Source: Bacteroidales bacterium (GTDB lineage Bacteria > Bacteroidota > Bacteroidia > Bacteroidales > VadinHA17). From it: DNA of 38,054 bases. The position numbers and the translations under genes are program-made. Location of the stretch: NCBI GenBank assembly GCA_027451265.1, contig DAIDJT010000001.1, forward strand, positions 1 through 38,054, given 5' to 3'. Positions 27,425-35,871 of the stretch are shown piece after piece. The notes under the pieces are model-generated. The model worked only from the letters and a program-made list of their open reading frames with translations, was not told the DNA's origin and did not search any database. Positions within the stretch are counted from its first letter, which is position 1, and every line of letters starts with the position of its first letter.

Positions 27425-29764
27425 ATGAGGGATAAAAAATTCCGGAAAAACGTTATCTGGTTCTGGGTAATAATATCTCTGCCGGCAGTATTGCTGCTGA
27501 CATTGTTCATCCTGATCTCTGCCAACAGGCTCGGTCCCATCCCTTCGTTTGAGGAGCTTGAGAATCCTGCCAGCAATCTTGCCGCCGAGGTATATTCAGA
27601 AGACAACGTCCTTCTTGGCAAATTTTACATTCAGAACCGCACATGGACTGAATACGAAAATATTTCACCATATGTGATTGATGCTCTGATCGCCACTGAA
27701 GACATCCGTTTTTACAGGCATGCGGGTATTGACTTCCGCGGCCTGGCAAGGGTGCTTGTCAAGACCATTCTGCTTGGCCAGAATACCGGAGGAGGCAGCA
27801 CAATCACACAGCAGCTGGCCAAGAACCTCTTTTTGCCCAGGGACCTGTCAAATGATCCGGCCATAGTGCGGACCTCGAAGCTTACCGTGGCCAAGTTCAA
27901 GGAGTGGCAGACGGCAGTGAAGCTTGAGCGGAGCTACACGAAGGAAGAGATCATCACCATGTATCTCAACGTCTTCGACTTCATTTATAATGCAGTGGGC
28001 ATCAATTCGGCCGCGCGGATTTATTTCAACACCACCCCAGATTCACTGAATATCGAGCAATCGGCGATGCTGGTGGGTATGCTGAAGAACTCTGTTGCCT
28101 ACAATCCCCTTCGCAATGAGGAAGGTGCCATTAAAAGACGCAACGTCGTTATTTCACAAATGGAAAGATACGGGTATATTTCCCGTACCGTAGCCGATTC
28201 AGTCAGCCAGCTCCCCCTGGGCCTCGACCTGCGCGAAGACAGCCATAACACAGGGCTGGCAACCTATTTCAGGGAGTACATAAGGTCAACCATGAACAGC
28301 AGGGAACCGCAGAGAGACTGGTTCTATTCGGACGATGCCTACAATGATGCACTCTGGCGCTGGCAGAATGATCCCCTCTATGGTTGGTGCTACAAGAACA
28401 CAAAACCTGACGGCACCCCATATAACCTTTACCGTGACGGCCTGAGAATCTATACCACTCTTAACTCGAAAATGCAGACCTATGCCGAAGAAGCTCTTGC
28501 AGAGCACCTTTCCAAAAACCTTCAGCCGGTCTTTGACAAGAGAGCACGGAACAACCGGAATCCGCCATACTCAAATGACCTCACAACTGCACAGGTAAAC
28601 CAGATAATGGCCAGATCAGTCAGGCAGAGCGACAGATACCAGAACATGAGGAGAGCCGGCATCCCGGAAGATTCTATCACCCTCGCATTCAACACCCCGG
28701 TACCGATGAAGCTCTTCTCATGGAAGGGCGAAAGAGATACTGTGATAACTCCGCTTGATTCAATAAGATATTACAAGTTCTTTGTAAGGTCATCATTCAT
28801 GGCCATGGACCCCCACACGGGATATGTGAAGGCCTATATCGGCGGACCTGATTTCAGGTATTTCAAGTATGACGCTGTTACCCAGCAGAAGAAACAGGTT
28901 GGGTCTACAATCAAGCCGTTCCTTTATACACTGGCAATGCAGGATGGTTACTCTCCCTGCTTTGAGGTTGAAAATATAGAGCGCTCCTTTGAGGTCAATG
29001 ACACAATATGGAGACCCAGGAGCTCAGGGCCCGAGGAGTACCACGGCAAAATGGTGACATTAAAGTGGGGTCTGGCACAGTCGGAGAATTATATCTCAGC
29101 GTGGCTGATGAAGCAGTTTTCGCCGCAGGCAGTGGTTGACATAATGCACAGGATGGGCATAAGAAGCTATATTGACCCGGTAGTGTCAATCTTCCTCGGA
29201 ACTTCAGATATTTCACTTGAAGAAATGGTGGGGTCATACGGAACCTTTGTCAACAAGGGAGTGTATACCCGCCCCCTCTATGTAACCCGCATTGAAGACC
29301 GCAACGGCAACGTACTATCCTCCTTTACCCCGTTTATTGACGAGGTTATCAGCGAGGATGACGCCTACCTGATGACTTCACTGCTGCAGGGTGTTGTAAG
29401 CAGCGGCACCGGTGTGAGACTGAGGCTTACCTATAAGCTGACAAACGAAATGGGTGGAAAGACGGGAACCACACAGAACCACTCCAACGGATGGTTCATG
29501 GGTGTTATGCCTGATCTTGTGGCTGGTGTCTGGACTGGCTGGGAGGACCAGGCAATCCATTTTGAAGATCTCTCAATGGGGCAGGGAGCCAACATGGCTC
29601 TGCCGGTTTTCGGCATTTTCATGCAGAAGCTGCTGGCTGACAAGGATTTCTCAGTCATTGCAGATTCGAAGTTTGAAGCACCTCCGGGGTTTAATGTGGA
29701 TCTCGACTGTGACAGGGTGAACAGGGAAAAGCAGGGGAACCCATACAGGCAGAGGGAATACTAG
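27425..29764 (+). CDS. mrcA: Penicillin-binding protein 1A (bifunctional glycosyltransferase/transpeptidase)
   Basis: An N-terminal TM helix is present. The GT51 motifs are ATEDIRFYRHAGID and GGSTITQQLAKN. The transpeptidase motifs are STIK, SEN and KTGTT. Confidence 0.95.
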   Translation: MRDKKFRKNVIWFWVIISLPAVLLLTLFILISANRLGPIPSFEELENPASNLAAEVYSEDNVLLGKFYIQNRTWTEYENISPYVIDALIATEDIRFYRHAGIDFRGLARVLVKTILLGQNTGGGSTITQQLAKNLFLPRDLSNDPAIVRTSKLTVAKFKEWQTAVKLERSYTKEEIITMYLNVFDFIYNAVGINSAARIYFNTTPDSLNIEQSAMLVGMLKNSVAYNPLRNEEGAIKRRNVVISQMERYGYISRTVADSVSQLPLGLDLREDSHNTGLATYFREYIRSTMNSREPQRDWFYSDDAYNDALWRWQNDPLYGWCYKNTKPDGTPYNLYRDGLRIYTTLNSKMQTYAEEALAEHLSKNLQPVFDKRARNNRNPPYSNDLTTAQVNQIMARSVRQSDRYQNMRRAGIPEDSITLAFNTPVPMKLFSWKGERDTVITPLDSIRYYKFFVRSSFMAMDPHTGYVKAYIGGPDFRYFKYDAVTQQKKQVGSTIKPFLYTLAMQDGYSPCFEVENIERSFEVNDTIWRPRSSGPEEYHGKMVTLKWGLAQSENYISAWLMKQFSPQAVVDIMHRMGIRSYIDPVVSIFLGTSDISLEEMVGSYGTFVNKGVYTRPLYVTRIEDRNGNVLSSFTPFIDEVISEDDAYLMTSLLQGVVSSGTGVRLRLTYKLTNEMGGKTGTTQNHSNGWFMGVMPDLVAGVWTGWEDQAIHFEDLSMGQGANMALPVFGIFMQKLLADKDFSVIADSKFEAPPGFNVDLDCDRVNREKQGNPYRQREY

Positions 29765-29782
29765 GGAGGAGGAAGGCGGTAA

Positions 29783-29831
29783 CAGTTATCAGTTATCAGT
29801 TGTCAGTTGTCAGTTATCAGTTGTCAGTTTG
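29783..29831. repeat. Heptanucleotide tandem repeat, 7 units of CAGTTRT
   Basis: The units CAGTTAT CAGTTAT CAGTTGT CAGTTGT CAGTTAT CAGTTGT CAGTTTG run head to tail between the convergent stops of PBP1a (29762-29764) and radA (29870-29872). Confidence 0.9.
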
Positions 29832-29869
29832 AGGTGCGGACGGAGGAGACGGTCTGTACGACTGATAAT

Positions 29870-31222
29870 TCAGGAGAAGAGCAGTCTCACCAGTCCTTCA
29901 ATCTTATATACTTTGGATATTTTGATCGCGGGCACATCTCTCACATCCCTGTGAAACCCGGATATCACGATCTCAGTGAATCCCATCCTGGCAGCCTCCA
30001 TGATTCTCTGTTCTATTCTTGCCACGGGCCTTACCTCTCCAGATAATCCCACCTCCCCGGCAAAAGCTGTATGATGGTCAACCGGTGCGTCGAGGTTTGA
30101 CGAGAGCACGGCGGCGGCAACGGCCAGGTCAATAGCCGGGTCACTGACTTTAATACCTCCTGCGATATTCAGGAAGACGTCCTTCACTCCCAGTCTGAAC
30201 CCTGCTCTCTTTTCAAGTACTGCCAGCAGCATGTTGAGCCTCCTGGTGTCAAAGCCCGTGGAGCTTCGCTGCGGGGTGCCATAGACAGCGCTGCTGACAA
30301 GTGACTGGGTCTCTATCATGAAAGGCCTCACCCCGTCAACGGTGGCGGCAATTGTCACACCGCTGGCCGGGTCACGGTCATGGCGGATGAACAACTCGGA
30401 AGGGTCTGTCACCTCGCGAAGGCCATCCTGGCCCATCTCGAAAATGCCTATCTCGGCCGTTGATCCGAAGCGGTTCTTCACAGGCCTGAGTATCCGGAAA
30501 ACATAGTTGCCGTCACCCTCAAACTGCAGCACCACGTCTACTATATGTTCCAGCACTTTCGGCCCGGCCAGCGTGCCGTCCTTGGTGATGTGACCTATCA
30601 GTATCACAGGTACTCCTGATTCCTTGGCATAGCGCAGCATCATGGCCGCGCACTCCCTGACCTGTGTGACGGATCCGGCGGAAGACTCAAGCAACGATGA
30701 ACTCAGGGTCTGTATGGAATCAATTATCAGAAGTTCTGGTTTAATGGCGCCGGCCTGTGTCAGTACATGTTCCGGTTCTGTTTCGTTGTAGATGAAGCAA
30801 TTGTCATTTTGCCCCGCAAGCCTTTTAGCCCTGAGTTTGACCTGTCCCTCGCTCTCCTCGCCGGAGACGTACAGTACGGTCCTGCCTGGTGTAGCCAGGG
30901 CAATCTGCAGTGCCAGAGTTGATTTCCCGATGCCGGGCTCGCCGCCCATCAGTATAAGTGAACCCTTCACCATGCCGCCGCCAAGAATACGGTCCACTTC
31001 CCCGATGCCTGAAGTGATCCGGTCATTCTCATTCGCCTCTATCCCGGAAAGGAGTTCCGGTTTACGGCGTGCGGCATCCCTGCCTGCCGCTGACGGCGGT
31101 GTGGCAGTGACAATCTCTTCGCGGTAGCTGTTCCACTCGTGGCATGCCGGACAGTGACCGATCCACTTGGGTGACTCTGCGCCGCAATTCTGGCACACAT
31201 AGACAGATTTATTCTTCGCCAT
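29870..31222 (-). CDS. radA: DNA repair protein RadA (Sms)
   Basis: The zinc finger is CQNCGAESPKWIGHCPAC, Walker A is GEPGIGKST, and the RadA-specific KNRFG motif is present, followed by a Lon-like C-terminal domain. The ATG at 31222 (MAKNKSVYVC) is preferred because the track start at 31240 lies only 5 nt from the promoter box. Confidence 0.95.
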   Translation of the reverse strand: MAKNKSVYVCQNCGAESPKWIGHCPACHEWNSYREEIVTATPPSAAGRDAARRKPELLSGIEANENDRITSGIGEVDRILGGGMVKGSLILMGGEPGIGKSTLALQIALATPGRTVLYVSGEESEGQVKLRAKRLAGQNDNCFIYNETEPEHVLTQAGAIKPELLIIDSIQTLSSSLLESSAGSVTQVRECAAMMLRYAKESGVPVILIGHITKDGTLAGPKVLEHIVDVVLQFEGDGNYVFRILRPVKNRFGSTAEIGIFEMGQDGLREVTDPSELFIRHDRDPASGVTIAATVDGVRPFMIETQSLVSSAVYGTPQRSSTGFDTRRLNMLLAVLEKRAGFRLGVKDVFLNIAGGIKVSDPAIDLAVAAAVLSSNLDAPVDHHTAFAGEVGLSGEVRPVARIEQRIMEAARMGFTEIVISGFHRDVRDVPAIKISKVYKIEGLVRLLFS

Positions 31223-31244
31223 GGGAAAAGGAATATGCAACAGC

Positions 31245-31252
31245 CAAATTTA
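31245..31252 (-). promoter_or_regulatory. Bacteroidota -7 box (TAAATTTG on the minus strand) upstream of radA
   Basis: This is an exact TAnnTTTG match, 23 nt upstream of the ATG at 31222. Confidence 0.45.
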
Positions 31253-31267
31253 CTAAAAGAAAAGGTA

Positions 31268-32305
31268 TCAGGCCTGTTTTTCAGTGACCACCGATGAGAG
31301 TACTTTTCCGCCCTTTTTTCCAAAGAGAGCATAAAGCGAAATGGCACCGGCAATGGCTATCAGGATCATTTGCGACTCATGCTCGAGAGTTGCATAGGTA
31401 AGCCCCTCCTCCAGCGGGATGGCGTATGCCACGAGCATGCCGCGAGAAATGATCCAGTGATATGCACCAAGCCCGCTTTGAACAGGTGCGGCCATGCCGA
31501 AACTGCCTATGACAAGGATGAACATTGTTGCTCCTACACCCAGACGTGACGTGGATTCAAGACAGAGCAGCGGGAAATATGACATGAAGAAGTATGCCAC
31601 CCACAGCAGTATCGTGAGGAACAGGAATTCCCACCTGCGCTTCAGCCTGAAAATTGATTTAAGTCCTGAAAAGAGACCATCGGAAAATGAATAGACTTTT
31701 CTGAATAACGGCCTTGCCGACAGTTTTTCCCTCAGCATAAAAAACATTACTATGGCCGTCACTATGAGGAGTAAGGCTATAACAGTCACAATAGTAGCAG
31801 ACCCGAGCGATGATGAAATCTTTTGTTGTGCCGGAATGAATACATTTTCAGAAAGGAAGCTTCCTGTTGCAGTAGTTCCGGCGGCAAGAGTGGCTCCGAG
31901 GATTACCAGGACCGTCAGGACATCTATGGTTCTTTCAATCAGCATTGTTCCCACAAGCTTGTCAAACGGGATATTCTCCTTGCGGGAGAGGGCTGCGCAC
32001 TTTGTAACCTCTCCCAGCCTGGGGAAGATCATATTGGCAAAATATCCGATGACAACTGAATGATATGCATGCATGACGCCCGGGTTGTATCCAAGGGGCT
32101 CGATGAGCAGTGTCCAGCGACGGGCCCTGATCAGGAAGCTGAGAAGGGCAAAGATCACCGCAGGGACCAGCCACCAGTAGTTGGCCTTTCGGAGCACTGA
32201 CCAGAGTTCACTTAATTTGATTCCGCGGAATGACAGCCACAGAAGCAGGGCTGCCAGTGAAAGGAACAGCACTGCCTTCAGCAATTGAGTAATACTCCTG
32301 TTCAA
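31268..32305 (-). CDS. UPF0104 / lysylphosphatidylglycerol-synthase-TM-region-like (flippase-like) integral membrane protein
   Basis: The protein has about 8 TM segments. Its N-terminus LLLWLSFRGIKLSELWSVLRKANYWWL and the RARRW motif after TM2 are typical of the family. The start is uncertain: the TTG at 32305 lies one codon after the panD stop, and in-frame alternatives are a TTG at codon 8 and a GTG at codon 12. Confidence 0.7.
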   Translation of the reverse strand: MNRSITQLLKAVLFLSLAALLLWLSFRGIKLSELWSVLRKANYWWLVPAVIFALLSFLIRARRWTLLIEPLGYNPGVMHAYHSVVIGYFANMIFPRLGEVTKCAALSRKENIPFDKLVGTMLIERTIDVLTVLVILGATLAAGTTATGSFLSENVFIPAQQKISSSLGSATIVTVIALLLIVTAIVMFFMLREKLSARPLFRKVYSFSDGLFSGLKSIFRLKRRWEFLFLTILLWVAYFFMSYFPLLCLESTSRLGVGATMFILVIGSFGMAAPVQSGLGAYHWIISRGMLVAYAIPLEEGLTYATLEHESQMILIAIAGAISLYALFGKKGGKVLSSVVTEKQA

Positions 32306-32308
32306 CGG

Positions 32309-32659
32309 TCAGATGATTTTGTTTGTGGCAGTATCCGGGAAAACGATTTTCGGCCTGAAAGTACCGGCTTCTTCAGGTGTGATATTTGCAAATGCCATTA
32401 TAATGACCACGTCTCCCACCGCTATCTTCCTTGCGGCGGGACCGTTCAGGCAGATTTCGCCTGACCCCCGCCTGCCTTTGATTACATAGGTTACAAGCCT
32501 TTCTCCGTTGTTTCTGTCAAGAACATGGACTTTTTCATGTTCAAAAAGACCTGCAGCATCCATCAGGTCTTCATCGATGGTGACGCTGCCAACATAGTTC
32601 ATGTCAGCACCGGTGACGGTGACATTATGTATTTTTGATTTAAGTACTTCTATTGTCAT
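32309..32659 (-). CDS. panD: Aspartate 1-decarboxylase proenzyme
   Basis: The sequence [32 protein letters not shown] includes the Gly-Ser self-cleavage site (VGS). The size is 116 aa. The track ORF is over-extended by 11 codons. Confidence 0.92.
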   Translation of the reverse strand: MTIEVLKSKIHNVTVTGADMNYVGSVTIDEDLMDAAGLFEHEKVHVLDRNNGERLVTYVIKGRRGSGEICLNGPAARKIAVGDVVIIMAFANITPEEAGTFRPKIVFPDTATNKII

Positions 32660-32689
32660 TTTGTAAAAAGAGATTGTTTTCTGACGGTG

Positions 32690-32697
32690 CAAAGATA
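32690..32697 (-). promoter_or_regulatory. Bacteroidota -7 box (TATCTTTG on the minus strand) upstream of panD
   Basis: This is an exact TAnnTTTG match, 31 nt upstream of the ATG at 32659. Confidence 0.45.
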
Positions 32698-32711
32698 ACT
32701 ATCCTTTGATT

Positions 32712-33569
32712 TTACCGCAACCCGATCTCAATATTGTCAATCAGCCTTACTTCCCCGGCCCACAGGGCGATGCAGCCGTAATATTTCTTTCCCGGTGACA
32801 TTTCAATCACTGAACGTACCGGAGTGAGTGTTCCATCCTCAACTATCTCAAAATACTCGAGCCTGAAGTCGGGGATCATATTAATGCGGTCAGAGACGAA
32901 TTCCCTGATCTCTTTTATCTCATAGTCAGAGATCATTGCGGCGGCGGCTATCAGGGTACGGTATATCTCGCCTGCCCTTTCGCGGTGCTGTACCAGCAGT
33001 CTTCGATTACGGCTGCTCATGGCAAGCCCGTCCTTTTCCCTCACAATGGGGCAGGCGATGATCTCTGTCTTCGGGTACTCCCTCCGGGCAAGCTCCCTGA
33101 TTATTGTAAGCTGCTGGAAGTCCTTCTGTCCGAAGAAGGCGCACGACGGCCTGATTATGTCAAAGAGCCGCGAGACCACCTGTGCCACACCGTTGAAATG
33201 GCCTGGCCTGTGCTCTCCCTCCATCACCCTCTCCAGGTTTCCAAAGTCGAAACGGCGTGTATCAGGTTCAGGGTAGATCTCTTCCACCGGGGGAACAAAG
33301 ACAAAGTCATTTTCCCTCAGCAGGCCTGAAAGCATCTCCAGGTCGGAATCAAGTGTCCTGGGGTACTTCAGGAGGTCCTGAGGGTCATTGAACTGGGTGG
33401 GATTGACAAAAATGCTTACGGCCACCATACGGCAGTTCTCCACGGCACTGGCCACCAGTGAGAGATGGCCTTCATGGAGAGCACCCATGGTTGGCACAAA
33501 GCCGGGGTTGCGCAGGACGCTGATCCTGTAATGGTCCTTTACTTCCTTGACTGTTGTCAGTACTTTCAT
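32712..33569 (-). CDS. panC: Pantoate--beta-alanine ligase
   Basis: From the internal Met the sequence reads MKVLTTVKEV...GFVPTMGALHEGHLSLV, which carries the HIGH-type motif. FGQKDFQQL is also present. The size is 285 aa. The track ORF is over-extended by 73 codons into the divergent intergenic region. Confidence 0.92.
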   Translation of the reverse strand: MKVLTTVKEVKDHYRISVLRNPGFVPTMGALHEGHLSLVASAVENCRMVAVSIFVNPTQFNDPQDLLKYPRTLDSDLEMLSGLLRENDFVFVPPVEEIYPEPDTRRFDFGNLERVMEGEHRPGHFNGVAQVVSRLFDIIRPSCAFFGQKDFQQLTIIRELARREYPKTEIIACPIVREKDGLAMSSRNRRLLVQHRERAGEIYRTLIAAAAMISDYEIKEIREFVSDRINMIPDFRLEYFEIVEDGTLTPVRSVIEMSPGKKYYGCIALWAGEVRLIDNIEIGLR

Positions 33570-33701
33570 AACCTTGGCTTTTAAAGTCGGTAAAGCGGGC
33601 CGTTTTACTGAACGGATACCGGGCCCGGTACTGCAAAATAACACCATTTTTGTCAGTAACCCGTTGTCTCTAAGCTTGGAAATTAATTCAGTTTTTTTTA
33701 T

Positions 33702-33709
33702 TATCTTTG
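33702..33709 (+). promoter_or_regulatory. Bacteroidota -7 box (TATCTTTG) upstream of the glgA-like gene
   Basis: This is an exact TAnnTTTG match, 39 nt upstream of the ATG at 33748. Confidence 0.4.
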
Positions 33710-33747
33710 CACTTTGATTTAATCCTAAGGTATATCTGGAGGTATTA

Positions 33748-34569
33748 ATGGAGAGCAGAAGGGTACTGTTTGTTTCGCAGGAGATCATGCCTTACCTCGG
33801 CGAGACGAAGCTTTCAAAGATCAGCCGTGATCTTCCGCAGGGCATACAGGAAAGGGGGAAAGAGATCCGGACGTTCATGCCCCGATATGGCTCGATCAAT
33901 GAGAGAAGAAACCAGCTTCATGAGGTCATCCGTCTCTCCGGGATGAACCTGATCATAGATGATACCGACCATCCGCTGATCATCAAGGTAGCCTCCATCC
34001 AGAGTGCCCGCATGCAGGTGTATTTCATTGACAACGATGATTATTTCCAGCGGAAGCATACTGTGGCGGATGCCGCAGGCAATGAGTACGATGACAATGA
34101 CGAGAGGGCCATTTTCTTTGCCAGGGGAGTGATAGAAACCGTACGGAAACTGCGCTGGAGCCCCGATATTGTCCATGTCCATGGCTGGCTCGCATCACTT
34201 GTACCGCTTTACCTCAGGAAACTTTATTCCGATGACCCTGTTTTCAACAAGGTAAAATCAGTATATTCAGTTTACAATAACGGCTTCAAAAAGCCGTTAA
34301 AATCTTCTCTGTCCGACAAACTTATGGCAGACGGGATTGACAGCGCCGCACTCAAATCAATAAAGGGAAACGCGGATTTTCTCAGCCTGACTTCACTGGC
34401 CGCTGAGAACTCCGACGGAATAATTTTCGGGTGCGAGAAGATTGATGATCTGGTAAAGAAAAGAATCACTGCCATGGGAAAGCCTCTGCTTGAGTACCAG
34501 GGAGAGGAGAATTATATAGATGCATACAATGACTTTTATGACAAACTCCTTCTGGAATCTGCAAAATAA
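33748..34569 (+). CDS. Short glycogen/starch-synthase N-terminal-domain (Glyco_transf_5-like) protein, 273 aa
   Basis: It resembles the GlgA N-terminal half (VLFVSQEIMPY..., DIVHVHGWLASLVPLYLR). It lacks the KTGGL motif, having GETKLS in its place. It also lacks the whole C-terminal GT1 domain. Confidence 0.8.
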   Translation: MESRRVLFVSQEIMPYLGETKLSKISRDLPQGIQERGKEIRTFMPRYGSINERRNQLHEVIRLSGMNLIIDDTDHPLIIKVASIQSARMQVYFIDNDDYFQRKHTVADAAGNEYDDNDERAIFFARGVIETVRKLRWSPDIVHVHGWLASLVPLYLRKLYSDDPVFNKVKSVYSVYNNGFKKPLKSSLSDKLMADGIDSAALKSIKGNADFLSLTSLAAENSDGIIFGCEKIDDLVKKRITAMGKPLLEYQGEENYIDAYNDFYDKLLLESAK

Positions 34570-34594
34570 CAAACCCGGCAATACCCGCAAGGGC

Positions 34595-35848
34595 ATGCCA
34601 TCAATCATACTTACTCTCTCCGTCCTGCTTGCCGCAGCAATGCTGTCGTGCTCCCAGGACCCCGTCAGGATCGGCCTCGAACTGCTGCCTGAGAGTGACT
34701 TCATTGATATCAGGTCAACAGACACTGTCGGCATAGAAGCATACACAATGTACAACGATCTCTCAGTCTCGGGTGACAGCACTACGATGATCATCGGGTC
34801 AATTTATGATGAGGTCTTCGGGACAACGTACTGTGACTTTGTCACACAGCTAAGGCTGATGAGCAAGTGGCCTGCAAAACCTTTCGTTGTTGACTCGGTC
34901 TTCCTTTCTTTCCTGCCCTCAGAGATATCGGGTGATGATACAACATCATTTCACACGTTGCGCCTGTACGAAACCGGCACAAAGCTCACTGACCCTGATG
35001 AATACTATTCAGGTCAGGATCCGGACACCATCAGGTTCCTTGGCGAATACTTACTTCCGGAGATGAAAGCCGGGACGTCAGCCGAGGTGAAGCTCCGCAA
35101 CTCGGTGGGAGAATATCTGCTCAGAGACACGACAAAGCTTTACCCCCCAGCCGAATTTTACGAGGATTATTTCAGGGGTCTTTACTGCATGATCCAAAGC
35201 ACACCCAATACGGTCATGATTAAAATGGATGCGTCACAGAATGTCACCTATAACCCCCTCGGCATTACAGTATACTACCATTCCGATACTGTCAAGTACA
35301 GTTACTCCTTTGTGGCCACTCCCCGGGCAGTTAACTACAACAGGTTCACCCATGACCGCTCAACAGCTAACCCCGCCAAACAGATACAGCATGTAAATGA
35401 CCTCGTGGCTGACACAGTCGTATACCTGCAGTCATACTACGGCCTCTATGTGAAACTTGACATGCCGTCACTGGAGAAATTCAGGGACGTTGAAAACCTG
35501 GCAGTAAACAAGGCGAGGATAATTGCACCGGTACTCCTTGACGGCAAAACCTTCCTCGACAAGACAATGCCCGGCAGGGTATATGTACGCTACCGCGACA
35601 GCCTGGGCAAGGTGCATCTCATTCCCGACCTTATCCATGATGTCAGCTTCATGGATGGTACCTACTACAGTGACAAGGACTGCTTCATCTTCAACATAAC
35701 CACTTTCGTTCAGAAATACCTCGACGGCGAGATAGAAGAACCCTCCGTGGAACTCTTCCTGCCTCTCACCGTCACCCGGAACGCTATCTTCAAGGCCAAC
35801 GCAAACAATCCTGCCTTCAAGCTGGAGTTTGCGTACACCATATATTGA
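34595..35848 (+). CDS. Lipoprotein, probably DUF4270 family
   Basis: The signal peptide plus lipobox is MPSIILTLSVLLAAAMLSCSQ. In my recollection of Bacteroidota synteny, the position between the glgA-like gene and glmS is where DUF4270 sits; this was not searched. The ATG at 34595 begins after the glgA-like stop, and the track ORF is over-extended by 25 codons. Confidence 0.65.
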   Translation: MPSIILTLSVLLAAAMLSCSQDPVRIGLELLPESDFIDIRSTDTVGIEAYTMYNDLSVSGDSTTMIIGSIYDEVFGTTYCDFVTQLRLMSKWPAKPFVVDSVFLSFLPSEISGDDTTSFHTLRLYETGTKLTDPDEYYSGQDPDTIRFLGEYLLPEMKAGTSAEVKLRNSVGEYLLRDTTKLYPPAEFYEDYFRGLYCMIQSTPNTVMIKMDASQNVTYNPLGITVYYHSDTVKYSYSFVATPRAVNYNRFTHDRSTANPAKQIQHVNDLVADTVVYLQSYYGLYVKLDMPSLEKFRDVENLAVNKARIIAPVLLDGKTFLDKTMPGRVYVRYRDSLGKVHLIPDLIHDVSFMDGTYYSDKDCFIFNITTFVQKYLDGEIEEPSVELFLPLTVTRNAIFKANANNPAFKLEFAYTIY

Positions 35849-35871
35849 GTAACTAATTTTATTCTTTATTT

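Noticed and set aside
29783-29831. The heptamer arrays considered as CRISPR arrays or as coding repeats.
   Set aside because: The units are contiguous with no spacers, and 7 bp is far below CRISPR repeat length. The period is not a multiple of 3, and the only ORF covering them (29807..30046 +) is antisense to radA.
35849-35871. A possible glmS ribozyme upstream of glmS.
   Set aside because: Only 23 nt of AT-rich spacer separate glmS from the preceding gene, which is far too short for the ribozyme of about 170 nt. As far as I know, the element is characteristic of Gram-positive lineages.
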